Positions 20,912-29,265 of a stretch of 64,000 nucleotides of DNA are shown here, piece after piece. The stretch spans positions 64,001-128,000 of the forward strand of contig OZ241986.1 in the NCBI GenBank assembly GCA_965204375.1, written 5' to 3'. The notes beneath the pieces are model-generated. The model searched no databases, was not told the origin of the DNA, and was given only the letters and a program-made list of their open reading frames with translations. Each line of letters begins with the position of its first letter. Position 1 is the first letter of the stretch. A program made the position numbers and the translations under genes. The stretch is from Candidatus Latescibacterota bacterium. GTDB lineage: Bacteria > Latescibacterota > UBA2968.

Positions 20912-22624
20912 ATGCTTCAGACTCAAAAAAGATTTTGTGATTATCTGGATAACGTAAAAACGGAATTGGGCAAAGCGAGGTCTTCGGGTTTGTTTGAGGA
21001 ACTCGAAAAAAACATCCATGCCTCGGAAGCGTTAAAACAGGATATTGCCGAGGCAGAGTTGATTGTGCCGGTGGTTGGAGCTTTTAGTGCTGGTAAAAGT
21101 ACGTTGATCAATTCTTTTTTAGGTTCTGGCCTTCTACCTGTGGACATAACTCCGGAAACAGCATTGGCAACGGAGTTGCGTTATTCCGAAAGTGAATATA
21201 TCGAGGCAATCAAGGCCGATGATGAGTCGGAACGTTACGACATCGCAGAGATTGAAGCGATCAATGAGAAGGCGAATCAATATCAATATGCAAAAGTCTT
21301 TCTCAATAGTGAACAACTCGAGGAGATTTTTCCATTGATTCTCGTGGATATGCCCGGTTTTGATTCTCCGCTGGATTTACATCACCGAGCTATTTTAACA
21401 TACCTATCCAGAGGAAGCCACTATGCGGTTCTGATCAGTGTAGAGGAAGGCACCATCACCCGCTCGGCCGAGCGGCAGTTGTCCGAGTTTTTCGAGTTTG
21501 ATAAGACGTTTTCCATCTTTCTGAGCAAGGCGAATCTGCGCTCGGATACTGAGGTTGGGGAGATTGCACAGAATATCGAGGAGCGGCTTGAGGACGATTT
21601 TGGTTTTGCCGATTCCGTTGTTCCCGTGGGCATGGATGGCGGCGATAGCCTTGACAAGATGCTCAAGACCATTGATCCAGAAGTGCTTTTCGGCAAGCTC
21701 TGGCGTCCCAATTTGGAGGCGTATTTTTTTAATCTCGATGGCAGTTTGAACACCCGGATCAGTTCTTTAAAAAAGAATCAAAAAGAAAACGAGGAGGCCA
21801 TTGAAAAACTCGCCTCGGGCCTTCAGGATTTAAAAGAAAAAAAGGAAGAGATGATTCAGGATATTCGGGATCGGTATTCCACAACCCATGTCAACGCCAT
21901 TGTAGAGGGGGTGGGCGCAGATCTGAGTGGTTCCGTAGAGGAATTGACACAAGTCGCTATTTCCAGTGGAGAAACTGCCTTGCAGCGAGAATTGTCGGAG
22001 ATTTGCCGTACCTCGCTTTTGAATAATGTGAAAGCCGAAATGGGGCGATTAAACGAACAGATTGTAGAAGACTTATCCAACAGCCTCAAAGGTATTGATC
22101 TTGTTTTCTCCTCTTACACAGATGAACACTGGTTGGAAAAAGTCGCGTCCAATGCGCCACAGCTTATTTCTAAAGGGAGCGCAATTCTTAAAAATGTTGG
22201 TCGTACTGCAAAAGGAGGACGGAATTTTTACCGAGCCATCACGACTATTGGAGCTATTACCACCAGTTTTGTGATACCCATAGTGGAACTTCTAATCGTA
22301 TTCCTTCCAGACATTTTTGGTTATTTCCAAAAACAGAGGCAAGAGGAGCAGATACGCAACCAGTTGCTGGGGACGGTTATCCCCTCCGTCAAAAGCAAAC
22401 TTCGCAGCGAACTTCCCGAATATTTCAATGAGCAAGTGAACCGTCTGATCAATGAGAACGCAGAGGCCCTTGATTTGCAAATCAAGGCCAAACAAAGCGA
22501 AATTGCCGAAGCCGAGAAGGCCAAACAGAACGAGATGCGAGATGTTGAGCAGACGATAGCCGAGCTGACTGATATTCAGGAGAACGTCCGATCACTGGCG
22601 AATCAAGGGATTTTCGCGCAATAA
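20912..22624 (+). CDS. Dynamin-like GTPase 1 with hydrophobic paddle
   Basis: G1 GAFSAGKS, G2 TPET, G3 DMPG, G4-like SKAN; helical trunk; hydrophobic AITTSFVIPIVELLIVFLPDIFG. Confidence 0.9.
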   Translation: MLQTQKRFCDYLDNVKTELGKARSSGLFEELEKNIHASEALKQDIAEAELIVPVVGAFSAGKSTLINSFLGSGLLPVDITPETALATELRYSESEYIEAIKADDESERYDIAEIEAINEKANQYQYAKVFLNSEQLEEIFPLILVDMPGFDSPLDLHHRAILTYLSRGSHYAVLISVEEGTITRSAERQLSEFFEFDKTFSIFLSKANLRSDTEVGEIAQNIEERLEDDFGFADSVVPVGMDGGDSLDKMLKTIDPEVLFGKLWRPNLEAYFFNLDGSLNTRISSLKKNQKENEEAIEKLASGLQDLKEKKEEMIQDIRDRYSTTHVNAIVEGVGADLSGSVEELTQVAISSGETALQRELSEICRTSLLNNVKAEMGRLNEQIVEDLSNSLKGIDLVFSSYTDEHWLEKVASNAPQLISKGSAILKNVGRTAKGGRNFYRAITTIGAITTSFVIPIVELLIVFLPDIFGYFQKQRQEEQIRNQLLGTVIPSVKSKLRSELPEYFNEQVNRLINENAEALDLQIKAKQSEIAEAEKAKQNEMRDVEQTIAELTDIQENVRSLANQGIFAQ

Positions 22625-22636
22625 GGAGAAGCGAAA

Positions 22637-24874
22637 ATGGAAACTACTGGAATTGTCGCATACCGGGAAAAGCTGGAGCAGGTCGTTGGAAGGTATCACG
22701 ACTTTCTCGGTGATGAAGCGGAGAGCCTCTGCCAAGAACACAGCGTTCCCACCGCAAGGGATTTACAGGCGCAGATGGCGTCCATTAAAAATGAGGAACG
22801 CTTACTGAAAATCGGCATTGTGGGGCGGGTCAAGTCGGGAAAATCCTCGTTGCTGAACGCCCTCGTCTTTGATGGGCAAAGTATTCTCCCCGAGGCGGCG
22901 ACCCCAATGACGGCGTCTTTGACGACCTTGTCTTATGGGGAACCGCTGTCGGCGGAAGTGGAATTTTTTACCCAAGAGGATTTAGCGGATATCAGGGACA
23001 AGGCCGAAGAATACGACAGGCAATTGGAGAGGCGCGTCAGAGAAATTCGGAACAAAGAAAAAAAAAGAAAAAGCCTATTTTCTCGAAGGAGTCGGCAAGA
23101 AAACAAGAGCCGATCTCGAAGAGACTCGGATGAACGGGTGCAACGCAGAGCCGAAAGAGAGATGCGCGAGAATATCGTACTCTCGTCCGCCCGCGATCAA
23201 TACAAAAAAATGATCGAGAGCGGAGTATCCCTTGAGAATTTGCCGGAAAATGTACTTCTGAAGTTTGGAAATCCTGCGGATTTACGCAGCCAGTTGAATG
23301 AATATGTCGGTGCGAAGGGTCAGTATATGCCTTTTACCAAAAGCGTCAATATTCGGTTGCCGCAGGAGAATCTCAAGGATATAGAAATTGTAGATACCCC
23401 GGGCATCAACGATCCGGTGCAGTCGCGGGAAGCGCGTACCCAAGAGCACTTGAATCAGTGCGATGTGGTGTTGGTCATCAGTCCTTCGGGGCAATTTATA
23501 AACCAGGTGGATCTGGAATTGATGGATCGCATCACCAGCAAGGAAGGCATCCATGAATTATTTGTGGTGGCTTCTCAAACGGATACCCAGCTTTTAGGCC
23601 ATTTGAAGGCCGAGAATAATGGACAGTTAGATCTCGTGTTGGATAGCCTTACCCGCGTGCTGGGGAACCAATTGGAAAAAGTGATCGCGGACCTAAAAGA
23701 GAGCTCTCCCGAAGTGGGAGATACTTATGATCAGTTGCTCGAAGGGCAAAGCAAGGTCATCCACTCTGCGGGGCTTTGCGAAAGCCTGAAGCAACGCTTC
23801 AGGCAAAAGGATGAGTGGAGCGAGGGGATGCAGCATGTTTGGGACAATTTGCAGACGGGGTATCCCGATTATTTTTCCGATACAGACGAGAATTTGTCGC
23901 GCTTCAACTTGGAAAAGCTGTCCAACATATCGACCATTCGGAATATCGTTGAGCAGGTGCGAGAGAAAAAGCAGGAAATTCTCGATAAGAGGATAGACAA
24001 CTATGTCCATGCAAAATACCAGTCCCTACATGCCTTGAGAAAGGGACTGCTCGCGTATGCCAACGAACGGCAGTCCCAAATTGAGAGCACGGATATTGCA
24101 AAATTCAAGGAACGGAGGAGAGGATTGACAAAGGCTCTCGACGATGCTTCGGAAGAGATAAAGGATGAGTACGAAGAATCGATCTATCTGATAAAAAAAT
24201 CCATGCGAGGTGAATTTAAGCGAGAATCAGAAGCACGCGAGCAGGCGTTAAAACGAAGGATCGAGAATGAGAAAGGAGAAGATAGTGAAACGTATGAAGA
24301 TGGTCTCATATTTAAGAAAACTCGCACCAGGACGTTTGCCACCATCCGCACAAATGCTGTCCATCGACGCTTATCGGAGTTTTCTGAAGAACTGAAAGAG
24401 GAGGTTGTGGATAAAACAGAGGATAAGAAGAAAGATTGGCGGAAGTATCTCAACCAGAATATGACCAAAATTTTAAGAAAACATTTTGGCGATGAGGATT
24501 TGGAAGCCTCCCTGATCAGCCGGGTAATCAGAGATACTGTTCACTCGATAAATATTCCAGCCTTTGAATACAAAAAACAAATTCCAGATTCCTTGAAATC
24601 CCAAGGTGTTTTGAAAGATGAGGAAGCGAAGAAATTTTTTGATGAATCCCGCGACTATGCTGATGATCTATGTAGAGGAACAAAAAAAGAGATAAGCGCG
24701 TACATAAAAGATCTCGCCAAAAGGATGGAGCAAGGGCATTTGTATGAGCGGTTGCTGGAACAATTCCAAAAAGAACTTGCCACACTTGAGAAATCCATTG
24801 CAAACAAGGAAATGGAGTTAAAAAGAATCAGCAATCTCAAGGGTGAGTTAGAAAAAATTGCGGAGATGAACTAA
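22637..24874 (+). CDS. Dynamin-like GTPase 2
   Basis: G1 GRVKSGKS, TPMT, DTPG, G4-like SQTD; long charged helical C-terminus; AAGGAG RBS. Confidence 0.9.
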   Translation: METTGIVAYREKLEQVVGRYHDFLGDEAESLCQEHSVPTARDLQAQMASIKNEERLLKIGIVGRVKSGKSSLLNALVFDGQSILPEAATPMTASLTTLSYGEPLSAEVEFFTQEDLADIRDKAEEYDRQLERRVREIRNKEKKRKSLFSRRSRQENKSRSRRDSDERVQRRAEREMRENIVLSSARDQYKKMIESGVSLENLPENVLLKFGNPADLRSQLNEYVGAKGQYMPFTKSVNIRLPQENLKDIEIVDTPGINDPVQSREARTQEHLNQCDVVLVISPSGQFINQVDLELMDRITSKEGIHELFVVASQTDTQLLGHLKAENNGQLDLVLDSLTRVLGNQLEKVIADLKESSPEVGDTYDQLLEGQSKVIHSAGLCESLKQRFRQKDEWSEGMQHVWDNLQTGYPDYFSDTDENLSRFNLEKLSNISTIRNIVEQVREKKQEILDKRIDNYVHAKYQSLHALRKGLLAYANERQSQIESTDIAKFKERRRGLTKALDDASEEIKDEYEESIYLIKKSMRGEFKRESEAREQALKRRIENEKGEDSETYEDGLIFKKTRTRTFATIRTNAVHRRLSEFSEELKEEVVDKTEDKKKDWRKYLNQNMTKILRKHFGDEDLEASLISRVIRDTVHSINIPAFEYKKQIPDSLKSQGVLKDEEAKKFFDESRDYADDLCRGTKKEISAYIKDLAKRMEQGHLYERLLEQFQKELATLEKSIANKEMELKRISNLKGELEKIAEMN

Positions 24875-27243
24875 TGTACCAGAAATTTATCCAGAAAGTG
24901 AACTCACTTTGGGAAACATTTGTAAGAAATCGATCAGTGTATAAAAAGCTGTTGAGTAAGGAACATGGTGAGTTGCTCTTAGAACAAGATGCCCTATCGA
25001 AAAGATATGAGCGAGTAAAAACCGAATTGGATGATACTCAAGGCAGTCTCAATAAGCTACGCGATGAACATAGTGGACTATCTCAAAAATACGCACTGGT
25101 CTCCGACCTGCTAACTGCCAAATCCAGTGAAAATGAAGCATTTGAGAAGTTTAAGGAACTTTTTGATGGGGAATTTATGGCCTTTGCCAATAAGGAGTCC
25201 TCACTGGCCGACGAAGCGGCGGCCGTGCAGCAGCTACAAACGCTGGAGAAGCGTTTAGAAAAGATTGTGGCATTCCCGCACACATTTACGAAGCGGTCCA
25301 TTGCCATCGGCGGTGGATTTAGCAGCGGCAAGTCGGCATTTGTCAATAGCTTTATCGAGCATCCCGACATTCAGCTTCCCGTGGGCATTCAGCCGGTTAC
25401 AGCCATTCCCTCGTATGTCATGGACGGTGTGGATGCTTCGATCAAGGGCTATTCCCGTACTGGGGGCACGATCGATATCCCTCCGGATTTCTACGTCCAA
25501 CTGTCCCATGATTTCATAGATACGCTTTCGTTTAATGTCAAGGACTTGATGCCTGAAATCGCCGTGGAAGTGCCGTTGCAGGCGGACTTGTTCGAGCATA
25601 TCTACCTGATCGACACGCCGGGCTACAACCCGGCTGGAGGGCAGACGAGTGAGGACGAGGCTACGTCGGCTGAATTTCTCAAGGATCGGGATGCTTTGAT
25701 CTGGATGATCGGTCTGGACGCGACGGGCACGGTGCCCGAGTCGGATTTGGATTTCATTGAAGGGTTGGAACTGAATGAGCTACCGTTTTATATGGTTTTG
25801 AACAAGGCAGACCTCAAATCCGAAAGCGACTTGACGGATATTGTAAAGGAGGTGTGGGACACGCTTGATGATGCAGGTATTGAGCCTGTGGGCATCAGTG
25901 CGTATAGCGCGACTCTGCGTAAGGAATACCTGTATAAAGGGACGGCACTGCATGATTTTTTTCGCAGCCAAAATCATTTTGTTGAAGACCAGGGGATTGA
26001 ATTAAAAAAGGAGATTGAAGACGTTTTTGAAAAGTACGAAAAGGCTATTGACGATGATGAGAAAACTGCCTATGAGCTGAGGAAAAAACTCAATACTCTC
26101 AATCTCGATATAAACGAACTGGGGGGTGATTCTGACGCTGTGGATGTCTTGCAAGAGAAAATTGACAAGATCAAAAACTCTCAAAACAAAAATTTTGTGC
26201 CGATCAAGGTAGAGATGAAAGAAATACAAACGAAGATGCTCAGAGCAGTGGATGAAATTTTTTGGTCGTTGAGTTCTCAGAGTGCCGAAGCTATGCCCCA
26301 GCCTTTGTCTACTCCAAAGCCAAACAGCAAGAAATCAACAGTGAGACGTCAAGGCTATATCAGGGGCGGAAAATACATCAAGACTGACGCCGAACAATCT
26401 GAAAAACCTGCCTTTGCAAACCCTCAGCCACACTTTGATTCATGTGATTTTGAAAAAAAGCCGAAGAAATCCAAACGAATTGGCGAGGTTGCACGCGAGT
26501 TTAATTTATCAAGTTCGACAATGCTCACGTTGCTCCGCAACCTCGGTTTTAAATCAAGAAGCCCCAGGTCTATCTGTACACAGGAAATGGTTGAGGCAGT
26601 TCAAAGAGAATTAGGTGCTGAACGCCAAAATAATAAAAAGAATACCGAAGCAACAAAACGAATTGGCGAGGTTGCACGCGAGTTTAATTTATCAAGTTCG
26701 ACAATGCTCACGTTGCTCCGCAACCTCGGTTTTAAATCAAGAAGCCCCAAGACTATCTGCACACAAGAAATGGTTGAGGCAGTTCAAAGAGAATTGGATA
26801 TTGAACGTCAAATCGCAAAGAAGAACACCGAAGCAGCATCACAAACGCAGGCATTGATCAACATCAATCAGGCAACAGCAAAAGAGCTTGAGCGTCTGCC
26901 AGGCATTGGTCCTGAAATTGCGAAGCGCATCGTGGCCTATCGCAAACAGAACGGGCTATTTCAACGTATTGACGATCTCATAAATATCCGAGGCATCAGC
27001 CTCAAAATGCTTAATGATATGATCAGCATCAATCAGGCAACAGCAAAAGAGCTTGAGCGTCTGCCAGGCATTGGTCCTGAAATTGCGAAGCGCATCGTGG
27101 CCTATCGCAAACAGAACGGGCTATTTCAACGTATTGACGATCTCATAAAAGTCCAGGGCATCAGCCTCAGAATACTTAATGATCTGCGTTCCAAATTAGA
27201 GTGGAATTTAATAGATGTTTTAAGGCAGGCGAAAAAGCAGTAG
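24874..27243 (+). CDS. Dynamin-like GTPase 3 fused to 2x IF2 N-terminal-like and 2x ComEA-type HhH domains
   Basis: N-terminal coiled coil; GGFSSGKS, PVT, DTPG, NKAD; KRIGEVAREFNLSS...LGFK twice; INQATAKELERLPGIGPEIAKRIVAYR twice; TAATG overlap with the upstream gene. Confidence 0.88.
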   Translation: MYQKFIQKVNSLWETFVRNRSVYKKLLSKEHGELLLEQDALSKRYERVKTELDDTQGSLNKLRDEHSGLSQKYALVSDLLTAKSSENEAFEKFKELFDGEFMAFANKESSLADEAAAVQQLQTLEKRLEKIVAFPHTFTKRSIAIGGGFSSGKSAFVNSFIEHPDIQLPVGIQPVTAIPSYVMDGVDASIKGYSRTGGTIDIPPDFYVQLSHDFIDTLSFNVKDLMPEIAVEVPLQADLFEHIYLIDTPGYNPAGGQTSEDEATSAEFLKDRDALIWMIGLDATGTVPESDLDFIEGLELNELPFYMVLNKADLKSESDLTDIVKEVWDTLDDAGIEPVGISAYSATLRKEYLYKGTALHDFFRSQNHFVEDQGIELKKEIEDVFEKYEKAIDDDEKTAYELRKKLNTLNLDINELGGDSDAVDVLQEKIDKIKNSQNKNFVPIKVEMKEIQTKMLRAVDEIFWSLSSQSAEAMPQPLSTPKPNSKKSTVRRQGYIRGGKYIKTDAEQSEKPAFANPQPHFDSCDFEKKPKKSKRIGEVAREFNLSSSTMLTLLRNLGFKSRSPRSICTQEMVEAVQRELGAERQNNKKNTEATKRIGEVAREFNLSSSTMLTLLRNLGFKSRSPKTICTQEMVEAVQRELDIERQIAKKNTEAASQTQALININQATAKELERLPGIGPEIAKRIVAYRKQNGLFQRIDDLINIRGISLKMLNDMISINQATAKELERLPGIGPEIAKRIVAYRKQNGLFQRIDDLIKVQGISLRILNDLRSKLEWNLIDVLRQAKKQ
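26473..26838 (+). repeat. Intragenic tandem duplication, 183-bp period (IF2_N-like, 61 aa)
   Basis: Copies start at 26473 and 26656; about the first 95 nt are identical. Confidence 0.95.
26855..27184 (+). repeat. Intragenic tandem duplication, 165-bp period (HhH, 55 aa)
   Basis: Copies start at 26855 and 27020; about 120 nt are identical. Confidence 0.95.
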
Positions 27244-27293
27244 TCGAAAGATTAGCGCGTGGTGGCATGGGAAGGCAAGACCTCCATTTAACG

Positions 27294-27345
27294 AAAATAG
27301 CCTCTCGTTAGAATAACTTGACACAAAATAACGAGGGGCTATTTT
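27294..27345. promoter_or_regulatory. 17-bp inverted repeat enclosing a TTGACA...TATTTT promoter (operator or hairpin)
   Basis: AAAATAGCCTCTCGTTA / TAACGAGGGGCTATTTT with one mismatch; TTGACA at 27318. Confidence 0.65.
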
Positions 27346-27351
27346 GCTAAT

Positions 27352-27545
27352 ATGAAAACTATGACCACATTTGATAAAGATAATGATGCGTTGCGCCGTG
27401 GCCTGGACTATCCCAACAGCCGTTCGAGGTTAAGTCACGTCCACTTCGCCTGCGGCAGGGACTGGATCCCGCCCATTTGAGCGAGATGGACGATGACCTG
27501 GAAATCGAAGAGTTCCTCTGTAAGACTGCACGATTAAATGACATT
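27352..27545 (+). pseudogene. Degenerate VapB-like (RHH) antitoxin
   Basis: MKTMTTFDKD/NDALRRGL, then in another frame QPFEVKSRPLRLRQGLDPAHLSEMDDDLEIEEFL; internal deletion plus frameshift; no toxin gene follows. Confidence 0.6.
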
Positions 27546-27618
27546 AAAAAGGTCATAAAGATGGATGCAAAACCAAAAAACCACAGGTCGTTCAGGCCGT
27601 GAAAAGGATACTTGCGTC

Positions 27619-29193
27619 ATGCGCTTTTTCAACACCGCTGGTCCAATCAAGCCCGAAAGGCACTACTGCATCCCGCCTTTGGAACGCTTAAATATGGACG
27701 AGGTGTTCGCACTCATCCGAGAAGAGAAATACTTTGTCTTGCACGCGCCGCGGCAGACGGGCAAGACTTCTGCCTTGTTGGCGTTGCGCGATTTACTCAA
27801 CGCTCAGGACACTTACCGTTGCGTTTATGTCAATGTCGAAGGTGGACAAGCCGCACGCGAAGATGTGGAACAGGTGACGCGCGCCTTTCTGGGTGAGTTG
27901 GCATCTCGGGCGCGTTCAGTGGGTGACGAATTTCTGGACGAGATCTGGTTCGACATCCTGGCGAAATACGGGGGCCATGTTGCCTTGCGCGAGGCGTTGA
28001 CGCGCTGGGCACAGGCTGCCCCAAAGCCATTGGTGCTGCTCATTGACGAGATCGATGCTCTGATCGGCGATTCTCTGCTGTCCGTGCTACGGCAGTTGCG
28101 GGCTGGCTATGACCTTCGCCCGGAGGGTTTTCCGCAGAGTGTGGTGCTGTGTGGGGTGCGCGACGTGCGCGATTACCGCATCCAATCCACTGCAGAGAAT
28201 GCGATCATCGCCGGTGGCAGTGCGTTTAATATCCGCGCCGAGTCCCTGCGTTTAGGGGATTTCTCACAGGACGAGGTATTCGATCTCATCGCACAGCACA
28301 CGGCAGAAACGGGACAGGCATTCACAGCCGAGGCCCTGGAGACGATCTGGACGCAGACCCAGGGACAACCGTGGCTGGTCAACGCATTGGCTTATGAAGC
28401 TGGCTTTAAAAACAAGACCGGGCGGGATCGCAGCCAGCCCATTACGGACAACGCAATATGTGACGCACGGGAGCAACTCATCTTGCGCCGAGAGATACAC
28501 CTCGACCAGTTGGCCGATAAGTTGCAGGAAGAACGCGTACAGCGCGTGATTGAACCGCTGCTGAGTGGGGCTGAGGAACGTCGCTTTATTGACCGCGACC
28601 TGGAGTATGTACGCGATCTCGGTCTTGTGGCTCAAGATCTGCCGTACCGCATTGCCAATCCGATCTACGCCGAAGTCGTGCCGCGCGAACTGACGTGGGT
28701 GTTACAGGGGGAGTTTGAGCAGGAAACAGCCTGGTATATCAATGCTGATGGTAGTCTGAATGTGGTCAAACTGATGACCGAGTTTCAGATCTTTTTCCGC
28801 GAACACTCAGAGCACTGGGTGAGACGATTTCAATATCAGGAAGCCGGTCCGCAGTTGTTGTTGCAGGCATTTCTCCAGCGCATTGTAAACAGCGGTGGAC
28901 GCATTGAAAGGGAGTATGGTTTGGGGCGTGGACGCACAGACCTGCTGATTGTCTGGCCGCAGGGCGATGTGACGCGCAAGATTGTGATTGAGTGCAAAAT
29001 TCTCCACAAGAGCCTGGATCAGACCATTGCCGAGGGTTTGGAACAGACGGCGGAGTACATGGATCGTTGCGATGCAGAGGCAGGTCATCTGGTGATTTTT
29101 GACCGCCGTGAAGGGAGGCGTTGGGCGGACAAAGTATTCCGCAATAGTCGGACATCAAGTAGCGGGGTCGAGATTGAGGTGTGGGGAATGTGA
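27619..29193 (+). CDS. AAA-family ATPase with C-terminal PD-(D/E)XK-like nuclease domain
   Basis: MRFFNTAGP start; HAPRQTGKT Walker A; LLIDEID Walker B; EREYGLGRGRTDLLI...VIECK. Confidence 0.85.
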   Translation: MRFFNTAGPIKPERHYCIPPLERLNMDEVFALIREEKYFVLHAPRQTGKTSALLALRDLLNAQDTYRCVYVNVEGGQAAREDVEQVTRAFLGELASRARSVGDEFLDEIWFDILAKYGGHVALREALTRWAQAAPKPLVLLIDEIDALIGDSLLSVLRQLRAGYDLRPEGFPQSVVLCGVRDVRDYRIQSTAENAIIAGGSAFNIRAESLRLGDFSQDEVFDLIAQHTAETGQAFTAEALETIWTQTQGQPWLVNALAYEAGFKNKTGRDRSQPITDNAICDAREQLILRREIHLDQLADKLQEERVQRVIEPLLSGAEERRFIDRDLEYVRDLGLVAQDLPYRIANPIYAEVVPRELTWVLQGEFEQETAWYINADGSLNVVKLMTEFQIFFREHSEHWVRRFQYQEAGPQLLLQAFLQRIVNSGGRIEREYGLGRGRTDLLIVWPQGDVTRKIVIECKILHKSLDQTIAEGLEQTAEYMDRCDAEAGHLVIFDRREGRRWADKVFRNSRTSSSGVEIEVWGM

Positions 29194-29265
29194 CGGGATT
29201 CCCGTACAGTGCCCATTTACTGATGTTACTCGGTTTATCTACAATGGGCTGTCATTAGAGAGAGG

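Noticed and set aside
16835-29250. A single prophage, ICE or genomic island
   Set aside because: No integrase, transposase, phage or conjugation genes, and an ordinary serine hydrolase sits inside; better explained as several independent insertions.
29194-29260. Integron attC site
   Set aside because: No RYYYAAC/GTTRRRY ends, no cassette array and no intI.
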